Below, in pieces: positions 31,153 through 41,232 of a DNA stretch of 64,000 nucleotides. Source of the stretch: Verrucomicrobiota bacterium (lineage in GTDB: Bacteria > Verrucomicrobiota > Verrucomicrobiia > Limisphaerales > AAA164-E04); NCBI GenBank assembly GCA_047947115.1, contig CP170459.1, forward strand, positions 3,200,001 through 3,264,000. The letters are read 5' to 3'. A program made the position numbers and the translations under genes. The notes beneath the pieces are model-generated. The model was not told the DNA's origin and searched no databases. It was given only the letters and a program-made list of their open reading frames with translations. Each line of letters begins with the position of its first letter. The first letter of the stretch is position 1.

Positions 31153-32199
31153 TCAGCCTTCGAAGTATTTCAGCTTTCCCTGCGATGCGGCCGACCAGCA
31201 GCAGAGTTTGTAGAGAACTCTCGCCCCGACATTGGCGTCCCATTCATCGTTGCCGGGAGCCACTTCATTGAGGTCAAAACCGATGATTGTTCGACCGCTT
31301 TTGACCACCTCCCGAATCAGGCTGACCGCTTCATGAAACGCCAGTCCACCGGGCACAGGAGTTCCGGTATGCGGACACAGCTTGGGATCCAGTCCGTCTA
31401 TGTCAAAGCTGATATACACTTTGTCGGGTAATGTTTCCACAATGCGCTGGATGGTTGCTTTCCAAGGTTGGCCTTCATGATTCCCTTCCTTCAGTTGAGC
31501 GTCGAAAAAGGTTTGTATGCGATTGGGTTGTGATCGGATCAGATCCAGCTCCTGCTGACACAGGTCGCGAATGCCCACTTGAACCAAACGCGTAATCTCC
31601 ATGATTTTTAATGCATTCCACATGATGCTGGCATGTGAGAATTCAAAACCTTCATAGGACGGTCGCAGATCCGCATGTGCATCGATCTGAAGAATGCCGA
31701 ACGAGCCATGATGCTCCGCCAAGGCTTCCATCAATCCCAGGGGGGTGCTATGGTCTCCGCCGACCAGACCAACGAGCTTGCCCGACTTCAGGTGATTCAG
31801 GGCTTCCTTTTTTAACGAAGTTTTGAGTTGGTCGGCTGCCTGGTTTGCTTCCTTGACCGCTGGATCATTCGGATCCGGCGCACGTCCTTCCTCCAGTGAA
31901 GAAATGTAATCAGTGGTTGTCTTTCTGAGATTCGTGCTGGTTGATTGAATGGATGGATCCCATTCCCTGAGGACATAACCTGCTTCCCAGGCACAATCAA
32001 ATTCCGGATCCGCCAAATCCAGCTGGGCGGAAGCGTCCAGAATGGCTGCGGGCCCCAACGCCGTTCCCGCTCCATAGGATACGGTGACTTCCCATGGCAC
32101 GGGTAGCAGTATGACTGATGCGCTTTGTTCCTCTGCCGGCAGGCCGAACAAAGTTCCTTTGATGCCAACGCCGTTGGGGTCAAATGATAAGGATGACAT
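31153..32199 (-). CDS. agmatinase/ureohydrolase family protein
   Basis: GGDHS, DAHAD, SFDIDGLDP, TGTPVPGG, DLNE. Confidence 0.9.
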   Translation of the reverse strand: MSSLSFDPNGVGIKGTLFGLPAEEQSASVILLPVPWEVTVSYGAGTALGPAAILDASAQLDLADPEFDCAWEAGYVLREWDPSIQSTSTNLRKTTTDYISSLEEGRAPDPNDPAVKEANQAADQLKTSLKKEALNHLKSGKLVGLVGGDHSTPLGLMEALAEHHGSFGILQIDAHADLRPSYEGFEFSHASIMWNALKIMEITRLVQVGIRDLCQQELDLIRSQPNRIQTFFDAQLKEGNHEGQPWKATIQRIVETLPDKVYISFDIDGLDPKLCPHTGTPVPGGLAFHEAVSLIREVVKSGRTIIGFDLNEVAPGNDEWDANVGARVLYKLCCWSAASQGKLKYFEG

Positions 32200-32238
32200 A
32201 TATAAACTGAATGATGTTGAGTGTTGGGTGAACGGCCT

Positions 32239-33237
32239 TTATGGGAGTCGGCTGCCCAATGCCGCCTCGGTGAGTCGATACCAGTGGTCCCGTGATAATT
32301 CAATCTGTGAAGCCTGCATTGCCTTGCGAATACGTTCCGGCTGAATGGAGCCAATGACCGGCATGATTCCTGCCGGATGTTTCAATAACCATGCCAATGC
32401 AAGGCCGCTTCGATTTGTCTCAATTTCACCGGCTATCTCATCCATCGTCTCCAGCAGGCTGGAACCGGTCTCCGAAGTCTGATGCTCGAAGTCGGGACGC
32501 AGTCCGTCTCCGAGGAACCCTCTCGAAAGGGGGCTCCAAGCCATGGGGGTGATATGATGTTGGATGCATTGATCCAGTCGGCCATCCGAAACGGCTTGGT
32601 GGGCCACCAGGCTGATTTCGATCTGGTGGACCGCTATCTTGACTCCCGCCCGATGATACATTTCAATTTGAGAAAGGGAAAAATTGCTGGCCCCGAACAG
32701 CCGGATCATTCCCCTGGATTGAAGATGCCCGACGGCTTCCGCCACTTCATATGGGTGGCCCAGAAAGTCCGGCCGATGCAGCATGAGAATGTCCAGGTGG
32801 TCGGTTCCTAATCGCTTAAGAGATCCTTCGCAGGACCGAATGATATGGTCTTTTGAAAAATCGTAACGATAAGGGGATTGCGGATCAGGTTTGCCGGCAA
32901 ATCGGATGCCGCATTTGCTTGCGAGTATGATTTTTTCTCTAAGGGATGGTTGTTTTTTTAGCGTATCACCGAACAATTGCTCCGCTTCGCCATCGCAATA
33001 GATGTCAGCATGATCAAATACGGTAAATCCGGCATCAATCGCTGTCATGACGGCTGTTTCCGCCTGCTTTCTTCTCTCATCATCTATCGCCGCAGCATTC
33101 CAGGTGCCTGCCAGTCGCCAGCACCCATAAGCCAATTTGCCAGGGGGGACGGGCAGTTGGTCCAGTGGGTTGCGTGTTTGATCTTGAGATAATGCCGGCG
33201 GCTCCATGACGAAATCGTGTGGACTTGTCTCGGACAA
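32239..33237 (-). CDS. aldo/keto reductase (YdhF-like)
   Basis: YGCWRL, FDHADIY, SKCGI, SLKRLGTDHLD..LHRPD, GASNF, AWSPL. Confidence 0.92.
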   Translation of the reverse strand: MSETSPHDFVMEPPALSQDQTRNPLDQLPVPPGKLAYGCWRLAGTWNAAAIDDERRKQAETAVMTAIDAGFTVFDHADIYCDGEAEQLFGDTLKKQPSLREKIILASKCGIRFAGKPDPQSPYRYDFSKDHIIRSCEGSLKRLGTDHLDILMLHRPDFLGHPYEVAEAVGHLQSRGMIRLFGASNFSLSQIEMYHRAGVKIAVHQIEISLVAHQAVSDGRLDQCIQHHITPMAWSPLSRGFLGDGLRPDFEHQTSETGSSLLETMDEIAGEIETNRSGLALAWLLKHPAGIMPVIGSIQPERIRKAMQASQIELSRDHWYRLTEAALGSRLP

Positions 33238-33259
33238 ATCAAGTCAGATCGACATCGAA

Positions 33260-34990
33260 TCAATAACCGACCGCACAACCGTCCTTGCGTGGATCGGAAC
33301 CTCCGAAATATCTGAGAGGGTCATCCATTCGCCAGATGCTTTGGTAGCCGCCAAAAGCACCCGTTCCGCTGCGTAAGTTGTGGCCCATGGCTGTAAGCTT
33401 TTCTTTGACAGAATCATCAATCAGATTCTCGCAGCCCACCGATCCGGGGCCGGTGGATCGTTCGCCTTTTGGGGTTGAACTCTCGAAATGGGCGACGCGT
33501 GGTTGTTCGCCAGCTTGTTGGGGAGACATGTTGAAATCAATCATGTTCATCAATACCTGGGCATGGCCTTGCGGTTGAAAATCGCCTCCCATCACTCCGA
33601 AAGACATTACGGGTTCCTTGTCCTTTGTCAGGAATCCCGGAATGATGGTGTGGAAAGGCCGTTTCTTGGGTTCGAGTTTGTTCAGGTCCTCCTCGTTCAG
33701 TGAGAACAATTCGCCTCTATTCTGAAGCGCAAAGCCCATGCCGTCTGGAACCCATTTCGAACCCCATCCATGGTAGATGCTTTGGATGAACGATATCATG
33801 TTGCCATCCCGGTCGGCCGCAGTGAGGTAAACAGTGTCGGAAGGTCCGGTTAATCTGCCTGCCGCAACTTGTTGAGCCGCAGTGGTAGGGTTGATGCTTT
33901 TGACGCGTTCCGCTGCGTATTCCTTTGAAATGAGTTGCTGCAGGGGAACCTTGGCAAAATCCATGTCAGCGTAATAGATGGCTCGATCTTCAAAGGCCAG
34001 TTTCTTTGCTTCGATGAACAAATGCAGGTGTTCGGCCGAATTGGGCTCCATGGAAGCGATGTCAAAATGTTCCAACAAGTTGAGTATCTGCAATGCGGCA
34101 ATGCCCTGACCGTTGGGGGGCAGTTCCCAGACGTCATATCCACGATAATGGGTCGACACCGGATCAACCCAGTTGCACGTATGGTGTTTGAAATCTTCCA
34201 GAGAAAAACGTCCTCCTACTCTGTCCGAATAGGCAACCATACGTTCGGCCAATTCACCTTCGTAAAAAGCCCGGGGACCTTGTAGGGCAAGGGTCTTGAA
34301 AAAGTCGGCGAGATCGGGGTTTTTGATCCAGTCACCAAATTGCGGTTTTCTCCCTTCCGGACAGAAGGTCTTGTATAGGTTTTTGAAAGAAGAAGAGGAA
34401 GGTCCAATCCAACCGTCGGCAATGATGGGCGACAGCGGCCAACCTTCCTTGGCATAATAAATGGCTGGTTCCATCAATACATCAAATTTCAAATCTCCAA
34501 ATCGCCGGGAAAGCGCTTCCCATCCGCTGACGCAACCAGGGATGCTCCATGAGAGAGGGGAGTAGGGATCAATGCTATTCAATCCCAGCTCTCTGGCAGC
34601 GTTCAGGTTCCAGTTTGCGGGGGATCTACCACTGGCATTCAATCCGTGAAGTTGCTTCTCTTTTTGATCCCAATAAATGGCAAACAAATCCCCGCCGGGA
34701 CCGTTGCTCATGGGTTCGACGACACTGAGTACCGCATTGGCGGTGATGGCGGCATCGATTGCGTTGCCCCCTTTCTTCAATATGTCCAGTCCCGCTTGAG
34801 CGGCCAGAGGTTGACTGGTTGCCACCAACCCTTGTGAACAGGCTAGAGTGGAACGGTTTTGATTCCGTGTCCCTATGCCGCGCTTTTGAAAGGGGACTTG
34901 TTGATGGGCGTTCAGTTGCATTGATGCGGTGGACATGCAGCCGGCCGATACCACTGATCCAAATTTGAGAAATTCTCTGCGATCCATCAT
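33260..34990 (-). CDS. ggt: gamma-glutamyltransferase with Tat signal
   Basis: MMDRREFLK, GGNAIDAA, LPPNGQG, DTVYLTAAD (Thr nucleophile), RPFHTIIP, GVMGG, DPRKDG. Confidence 0.92.
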   Translation of the reverse strand: MMDRREFLKFGSVVSAGCMSTASMQLNAHQQVPFQKRGIGTRNQNRSTLACSQGLVATSQPLAAQAGLDILKKGGNAIDAAITANAVLSVVEPMSNGPGGDLFAIYWDQKEKQLHGLNASGRSPANWNLNAARELGLNSIDPYSPLSWSIPGCVSGWEALSRRFGDLKFDVLMEPAIYYAKEGWPLSPIIADGWIGPSSSSFKNLYKTFCPEGRKPQFGDWIKNPDLADFFKTLALQGPRAFYEGELAERMVAYSDRVGGRFSLEDFKHHTCNWVDPVSTHYRGYDVWELPPNGQGIAALQILNLLEHFDIASMEPNSAEHLHLFIEAKKLAFEDRAIYYADMDFAKVPLQQLISKEYAAERVKSINPTTAAQQVAAGRLTGPSDTVYLTAADRDGNMISFIQSIYHGWGSKWVPDGMGFALQNRGELFSLNEEDLNKLEPKKRPFHTIIPGFLTKDKEPVMSFGVMGGDFQPQGHAQVLMNMIDFNMSPQQAGEQPRVAHFESSTPKGERSTGPGSVGCENLIDDSVKEKLTAMGHNLRSGTGAFGGYQSIWRMDDPLRYFGGSDPRKDGCAVGY

Positions 34991-35055
34991 CTGGCTATTG
35001 AATCCTGTGTCATCCGGAATCGCAAGCAAGGATGTTTGTTGTGTCGGGGGGCGGG

Positions 35056-35091
35056 AAAAAACAAGACGGGCCTGTCGCCAGGCCCGCTTTT
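35056..35091 (-). terminator. intrinsic terminator after the small basic protein gene
   Basis: Minus strand CGGGCCTG-GCGA-CAGGCCCG-TCTTGTTTTTT. Confidence 0.8.
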
Positions 35092-35122
35092 ATTCATCTT
35101 GGTTGCTTGGTTGAAGGGATGC

Positions 35123-35530
35123 CTAGTTCTTTTTGTTGCGGACGGCTTTCTTCTTTGGCTTGGCCGCTTTGCTGGCCGCTGTTCCCTTGAGAGAGTACAT
35201 CTGTCCGTCCTTGATGAACTGCTTGTTGGTGTATAGCGCCGCAGACAAGGAGTTTAACGGGTTATTTGTCGAAAACTGGTAACCCATTCCCCGTACCGCT
35301 TCCAGAATCTCGTGACGGCTCTTGGGACCATCTTCAAGTGATTTGCTGATTGCCTGTTTCAAGTTGATTTCATTCTTGGGTCGGCGACGCTTTTGTCCGA
35401 TCACGAAGGTAGGAGGAGCCCCTGCATTGCCCAGTAACTGGTCAATTTCACGGATTTTCTCCACAATCTTGGCTCGCGTTTGAAGCAGACTGTCCCGCTT
35501 CTCCAAAAAGATTTTCAGTTTTTCTTCCAT
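35123..35530 (-). CDS. small basic protein, coiled coil + putative winged helix; candidate nucleoid-associated protein
   Basis: Heptad N-terminus, KRRRPK linker, LKQAISKSL..GPKSRHEILEAV..GY..LNSLSAALY..F..Y.L, Lys-rich tail; has its own terminator. Confidence 0.65.
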   Translation of the reverse strand: MEEKLKIFLEKRDSLLQTRAKIVEKIREIDQLLGNAGAPPTFVIGQKRRRPKNEINLKQAISKSLEDGPKSRHEILEAVRGMGYQFSTNNPLNSLSAALYTNKQFIKDGQMYSLKGTAASKAAKPKKKAVRNKKN

Positions 35531-35813
35531 AATATTCGATTCGAGTTGGTTTACTCAAAGTGCATACAAATACTAAACAGGAAACTTTGATTTGCAAACA
35601 AAAACAGTGCGCCTATAGCTTTGATGTTCTGTTTTTTGAATTGTCATTTTTTTGTCATGTTTTGTTTTGTGAATTTTTATGTAAAAACAGATAATAACCA
35701 TATTACTAATTGGTAATGGAATGTTAGAATTAGTTTTTACTCTTTTAAATATTTAGGTTTCATTCGTTCTTGATGAAGTTTTTTTTGGCATATTAATCTG
35801 TTTCAACCTTGTT

Positions 35814-38800
35814 CTAATTCTGGGGCGTTGGAGTGATGCTTTCTAGTTCCAGTTGGTTGGCGTTTTCATTTTTGGTTTCAGCTGTCAGGTCCATGGCAAA
35901 CAAGATCTTGCGCACAACTCGCTCCAGTGCTGGATCGTGAAATGTTGCATCCGGGCCAATGTAGCGGGCCTGCACGGCTTGTATGCAGATGTCTCGCGCC
36001 CGGTCCAGTTGCCCTCGGCGCCACCAGTATTCGGCCATCAGGGAGAGTGTGCGGTGGGGGGCCAACGGATCGGCTGAAAAGTCTGCCGGACCGAACAAGG
36101 TTTCATCCGGGTCAAAGGCTTCCTTGCTATACTGTTGAAAGGATGCGTCATCTTGCTTGTCCCATGCCAATTCCACCAGATTCATACGATATACGCGCTG
36201 GTTGGCCGGATCCGCCTCGATCAGGTGCTGCAGCATGGCAGAAAGAAGTTCGGTGTTCGGTTGGTGAAAGATGGTTCTTTGTCCCCGATAGGCCATCAAT
36301 ACCTGATAGGTCGTCTGTTTGATCAGGTCCAGAGGAGGTTGCTCCTCTGCGGAAAAAGTTCGAATATAAGACCTTAGCCGAGCCGCTTCAAATGCCCATT
36401 CACTTTCGGCGTTTGAGGTGGAGGCGGACAACAGGTGCAGGGCTGTTTCTTCGGGTGATGATTCCAGCCATCGGCGGACAATGGAGCGGAATACGGCCGG
36501 CTCAAAAAATTGCTGATCCATCTGGAGCAGGCTCAAAGCCCGCATTTGATCCATAGACCAATCCGCATGGCGGGAGTACTCCGATAGCAACAGGGGAGGA
36601 TTTGCCTGAAACTGCTCGTTTGCGTCTTCAAAGAACAACGGCTTGTCGGGAGCCGGATGAGCCCTGGTCGCGGTGACTCGAAGTGATGGGAACTCGATTG
36701 AATGCATGATGGATTCGTCCGGCACGAGATGAAATCCGTTTTCGAACGAGGTGATTTGAGTGGTCAGCAACATCGGCCATATTTCCAGTCCCTGTGTTTG
36801 CAGGACGCTTTGTACCTCCGGTTGCTGGATGCGTTGTTGCAGGGTTTCCATGGGCCAGGACCGGGGGGTGGCGGTACCAATCAGGATATGTTCGCCATGC
36901 CCGATATTCCAGATCGAAGTTTGCGGGAAGACTGAGCCAAAAGTGGCCACCACGGTTTCAATGGTTGGATCATCCAGATGGGATAACTGCAGGTTTTGGA
37001 TCATCAAACCATCTTCACCCAAGTGATCTCGGCATTGTTCGTAAAATTCCAAGGTGAACGTCGAGACATCCATGGATCTCCATGGTCTGGCGTATTGATT
37101 GATGATGACGTCGTATGAGGCAGAGTTGGCGCGAAGGAAGTTAACCGGAGTCACCGGATGATACCGAAAATTCGTTCGCTCCAGCAACTTTCCGTTGGAT
37201 GCAGAAAAAGAGGCAATGACTTCGCGCAGGGAGGTTCGAGGTTCGATGCCGTCCAACTGTTGCACCGTAGGCATGGACGCAAATATTCCGGCTGTCATTC
37301 CTGCTCGAAGTCCAAAAATGGCAACTTGTTGCGGGCGGCCATGAAGCACGTAGGGGATCATGGTGTTCAGGACAGGTTTGATCTGGTGCACGTAGCCGCG
37401 TTCGATCACTTCGCCGTTGATGCGCAATTCCAGTTGCGAGTCCTCGGGGTAATCATAGGAGTGAATGGCCACCGTGCCTTGCGGATCTTCCCGATAGTAG
37501 ATCTGATCCGATCGATATGCCCATTGCATGGAGTGTTCTTTGGTTCTGAAGAATCCGGTGGACAAATCGTCGGCCTGACTGAATGCCAGTCTCCAGGCAT
37601 GTTCAAATTTGGATCCCGCATAGGAAACAATCAGCACGAACAGGATCGAACTTGCGAGCCGGCTCATGCCCGCCCATTTGGGCCTTTGCTGAAGCAGGAG
37701 AAACACCGCGAGCGCCAATGTGGATGCCGCCGGAATGACAGCCATTCTTGACAGCCCCAGGCCGGGTATGAGGACATGGCGAAGCATGATCCAGGCTATG
37801 CTGCCGGTTATCAGGAGGCGGACGAAATGTGAGCGAATCATTTTCCTGGGTCCCACATGCTGAGCCAGGCATCCCAATCCATACATCGGGATGAAGATGA
37901 TTCCACCGAAAAGGCTGATGTATAAAAAGGCATGAACGGTGAAGCCTCCCGTGGAACCGGTCAGTTTCTGTTTCAGATCCACCAGCCAAAAGGGAATCGG
38001 TTCGTAAAAATACAAAAGTGCAAAAGTCAACAAACCATAGATGCCCAGACCCCATACGGTGCCATTGGATTGGGGTTGTTTTGTGCCGGACGGAAAGAGG
38101 AAGCCCAGTCCGATCGCGGTCAAAGCGAGGCAGGACCAGCACACGTGCCAGAAAACAATGTCCCCCCACACCCAATCAGAAAACCGCAACCAGACCGTCA
38201 ATGCACTTGCTCCCATGATGCCAAGATACAGCCACATCCTGTCCTGTTGCCCGGATGCGGATGCTGTGTCCGCACTGGTTTCCGGATCGCTGCTCAGCCT
38301 GTCTCCCAGGATGCTGCCGGCTTTTGCAATCAATCCACCCGCTCCCGTGAGCAGCCACACCAGGGCGGTCATCGGGACACTGAATTCCAAACCAAAAAAA
38401 GGATGGAAAAAGAGATATGCCGCCCCAAATCCGGAGGAAGCAGTCACCAGGACCCATCCCAAACGACCGTGATGACGGTTGTCATGGTCGTGTTGCGGTC
38501 TGTTCGATGGTGACAGGGGAGAGTGACAGCCAGCCCCGCAGGCTGTCCCTGCAAACAGCCCGGGAATGGCACCGAGAGTCAAGGAGGTGGCTGCCGCCGC
38601 CATCAACCATCCAAAGGGTGCTGATGTGGATGTGACCCAGAGCCCATCCATAAAAGTTGCGAGCATGGGTTGCAGCCATGCCTGGATTCCGGTGACCAGC
38701 CCGGCCCATCCCAACAATCCCCAACGATGGATGCGGCCGGATTGGATCCATCGGTCGGACCAGAGCAATCCCAGGCATGCTCCAATCATGAACGCCGCCG

Positions 38801-38969
38801 GCAACCATGAACTTATCAAGTGCGAGGAACCGGATGCTTTATTCCCGAAATGAAGGCAAAGCGCCAACAACATGCCGGAGCCAAGTCCTGAGACCAGGAC
38901 AGCTGGCAAGTCGCCGATCCGGGGTCGTTTGCTTTTCGATGATGTAATGGGTGTGGATGTCCAACTCAT
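35814..38969 (-). CDS. multi-TM membrane protein fused to a spermidine-synthase-like (class I SAM fold) domain
   Basis: Many TMs, then YYRED..GTVAI, LRINGE, IFGLRAGMTAG, YDVIINQ..PW, FTLEFY, LGEDGLMIQ, TFGSVFP; start uncertain (ORF extends to 39050). Confidence 0.75.
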   Translation of the reverse strand: MSWTSTPITSSKSKRPRIGDLPAVLVSGLGSGMLLALCLHFGNKASGSSHLISSWLPAAFMIGACLGLLWSDRWIQSGRIHRWGLLGWAGLVTGIQAWLQPMLATFMDGLWVTSTSAPFGWLMAAAATSLTLGAIPGLFAGTACGAGCHSPLSPSNRPQHDHDNRHHGRLGWVLVTASSGFGAAYLFFHPFFGLEFSVPMTALVWLLTGAGGLIAKAGSILGDRLSSDPETSADTASASGQQDRMWLYLGIMGASALTVWLRFSDWVWGDIVFWHVCWSCLALTAIGLGFLFPSGTKQPQSNGTVWGLGIYGLLTFALLYFYEPIPFWLVDLKQKLTGSTGGFTVHAFLYISLFGGIIFIPMYGLGCLAQHVGPRKMIRSHFVRLLITGSIAWIMLRHVLIPGLGLSRMAVIPAASTLALAVFLLLQQRPKWAGMSRLASSILFVLIVSYAGSKFEHAWRLAFSQADDLSTGFFRTKEHSMQWAYRSDQIYYREDPQGTVAIHSYDYPEDSQLELRINGEVIERGYVHQIKPVLNTMIPYVLHGRPQQVAIFGLRAGMTAGIFASMPTVQQLDGIEPRTSLREVIASFSASNGKLLERTNFRYHPVTPVNFLRANSASYDVIINQYARPWRSMDVSTFTLEFYEQCRDHLGEDGLMIQNLQLSHLDDPTIETVVATFGSVFPQTSIWNIGHGEHILIGTATPRSWPMETLQQRIQQPEVQSVLQTQGLEIWPMLLTTQITSFENGFHLVPDESIMHSIEFPSLRVTATRAHPAPDKPLFFEDANEQFQANPPLLLSEYSRHADWSMDQMRALSLLQMDQQFFEPAVFRSIVRRWLESSPEETALHLLSASTSNAESEWAFEAARLRSYIRTFSAEEQPPLDLIKQTTYQVLMAYRGQRTIFHQPNTELLSAMLQHLIEADPANQRVYRMNLVELAWDKQDDASFQQYSKEAFDPDETLFGPADFSADPLAPHRTLSLMAEYWWRRGQLDRARDICIQAVQARYIGPDATFHDPALERVVRKILFAMDLTAETKNENANQLELESITPTPQN

Positions 38970-39060
38970 GGATTCAATGGGTTTTGCCTTAACAAGGCTT
39001 GAATAATTGACTGCCAAAAGACTCCATGAATTCCATCGAGTCGCAAGCAAATCTTCCTAA

Positions 39061-41130
39061 TTAATTGGCCAGTGGGAGCCAAACCGACATCGCGGACGGA
39101 CCGCGGTTGGCCCACGCGTAATACGGAATGAATCGTGTGGTGATTCTTTGTTCGTCCCTCTTTTCCAGGGGACGGTAAAGCACGCCTTCCCAATCCGAAG
39201 GCGATTCGATGATGATTTCACCCCGCAATGTGCCGACTCCGTTCAGCAGTTGTGGCAGGTATTCCACACTTGAATGAAAATCGGAGGGTATCTTGACGGA
39301 ATGGATGCTGACGTCCTTGGGGAGATCCGGTGATTCCAGACAATAAACAATCGGGCCCCGTTTCAAGGCAACCTGTCCCCGGGTTTCTTCCACCAGGGGA
39401 TGCGAAGTCATCAATTGCGGGGTCATTTCAAATTGGAGTTCAATGATGTCTCCCGTTTTCCAGTCTCGTTGCAGCGTCAGGTATTGGCCGGGTTGTGCCG
39501 GTTCCTCTGTCGCATGTCCGTTGATGTTGACTTGCGCTGATCGGGTCCATCCGGGTATGCGGCATTTGAGTGAAAAAGGGATTGTGGGGCACACCTTCCA
39601 TTCCAGACGCACCCCGCTGGCCCAGGGATAAAGAGTGGTTTGTTCGAGATGGATGTCGCCGTTTGCGGGAAGTTTGGTTTGGAGTTCGCTGGATCCATAC
39701 AGATTCACCCAGAGCGTTTTGTCCGAAAGAGCGTATGCGTATTGAGGTGTGCGTGCAATGGTGCGCACCAGGTTAGGGGGGCAGCAGAACGAAGTCACGA
39801 AAGGTACTCGGGTGCGTGACCAGCGCAGGTCGACGGGAAGGGGATCCACGTTGCGCAGCGGGTTCACGTAAAAGAAGTCTGTTCCATCCAGACTGACTCC
39901 GGACAAGACACTGTTGTACAGCGCCAGCTCCAGCACATCGATGTATGCGGCATCGCCTGATGCCTGGAACATGCGCCAGTTCCACAGCACATTGCCGATG
40001 TTGGCGCAGGTTTCGTTGTGAGCCGTTAAGTTGGGTAATTGGTAATTGCGTCCGTATGCCTGATGAACGCGTGTAATAATCCGCTGTTGAGTTGAGCCGT
40101 CCGGTGCAGCCCCGTCATAGAGTGCTCCACATCCTCCCGTGATGTAGAGCTTTTTCTCAACAAGGTTTTGCCATGTGGCCTGCAATGGAGGCCAAAGGGA
40201 TTCATCCTTGGTTTCCAGGAACAAATCGGCGACTCCTGAGTAGAGATAATTGGCTCTCACTGCATGCCCGTGGATTTCCTGATGATTCCTTAAAGGTAGC
40301 CGATCCTGATTGTCATCGCCTCCATCCTCCACCAGATCACGCATGTCGATCAAATGCTTAGCCAACAACAACCAATCCGGATTGTTTGTCGTGCGGTACA
40401 AATCGATCAATCCCATGTAATGCGACGGGCACACGGAATTTCTGGCCAGTTCGGGCGTGGGATTTCGAAATGCTTCTTTGAGAAAGGAGGCCGCCTTGAT
40501 GGCTACGTTCAGGAAAGTGTCCTTTCCGGCGACTTGATGGTGTGTCACGGCAGCGGTCATCAAATGCCCCATGTTATACATTTCGAAATTGAATCGATCC
40601 TGAAAAGGGCGGGCGGTGGTGTCACCATTCCGAACTTTTACCAGAACCGGTGTGTGAATGTATCCGTCCGTTCGTTGGGCCAGTGCAATGGTTGCGATGA
40701 TCTCGTCCAGCAGTTCATCCCAGTCCGGATCGAAATGAATCGACTGGGCCAGGCAGAGAGCTTCCATCCATTTGTAAAAATCGCCGTCATTCCATTGGGC
40801 GCCATGATAGCCCCCCTCTTCCAGACCTGCCGCGATGCGGAAATGTTGATAGAAGGGTTTGTAGCGGTAGCCTTTCATCAAATCCCACATCTGAGGAATC
40901 ATGGATGTGCGGCAATTTTCCCATCGATCTTTCCAGAATCCGTTCAGCCATTGAGCGTCACCGGATGGGGTCTCATGAATGGCATGCTCAAGTCTTTGGG
41001 GCTCTTTGGATGCTGCCTGGAGGTGGGGCATTGCCAAATACATCAACCATCCTGTCAAAATGAAAAACAATCCGGGGCGGGCGGTGATCCTCAAGAGGTA
41101 TCCTGTCGTTGGTGTCTGTTTTGTCTGCAT
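39061..41130 (-). CDS. GH127 family glycoside hydrolase (beta-L-arabinofuranosidase-like)
   Basis: DGDFYKWME, EMYNMGH, GHAVRANY, HNETCA, FFYVNPL, CCPPN, RGPIVYCLE, PYYAWANRG. Confidence 0.93.
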   Translation of the reverse strand: MQTKQTPTTGYLLRITARPGLFFILTGWLMYLAMPHLQAASKEPQRLEHAIHETPSGDAQWLNGFWKDRWENCRTSMIPQMWDLMKGYRYKPFYQHFRIAAGLEEGGYHGAQWNDGDFYKWMEALCLAQSIHFDPDWDELLDEIIATIALAQRTDGYIHTPVLVKVRNGDTTARPFQDRFNFEMYNMGHLMTAAVTHHQVAGKDTFLNVAIKAASFLKEAFRNPTPELARNSVCPSHYMGLIDLYRTTNNPDWLLLAKHLIDMRDLVEDGGDDNQDRLPLRNHQEIHGHAVRANYLYSGVADLFLETKDESLWPPLQATWQNLVEKKLYITGGCGALYDGAAPDGSTQQRIITRVHQAYGRNYQLPNLTAHNETCANIGNVLWNWRMFQASGDAAYIDVLELALYNSVLSGVSLDGTDFFYVNPLRNVDPLPVDLRWSRTRVPFVTSFCCPPNLVRTIARTPQYAYALSDKTLWVNLYGSSELQTKLPANGDIHLEQTTLYPWASGVRLEWKVCPTIPFSLKCRIPGWTRSAQVNINGHATEEPAQPGQYLTLQRDWKTGDIIELQFEMTPQLMTSHPLVEETRGQVALKRGPIVYCLESPDLPKDVSIHSVKIPSDFHSSVEYLPQLLNGVGTLRGEIIIESPSDWEGVLYRPLEKRDEQRITTRFIPYYAWANRGPSAMSVWLPLAN

Positions 41131-41232
41131 GTATCAATGAGGATGCTGTTTTTGTTTTATTCAATGGATTACGACTTGTCCAGTGCTGTCGTTTTGGCAT
41201 GATGAAGGGACCATGAACCACGCGACAGAGCT

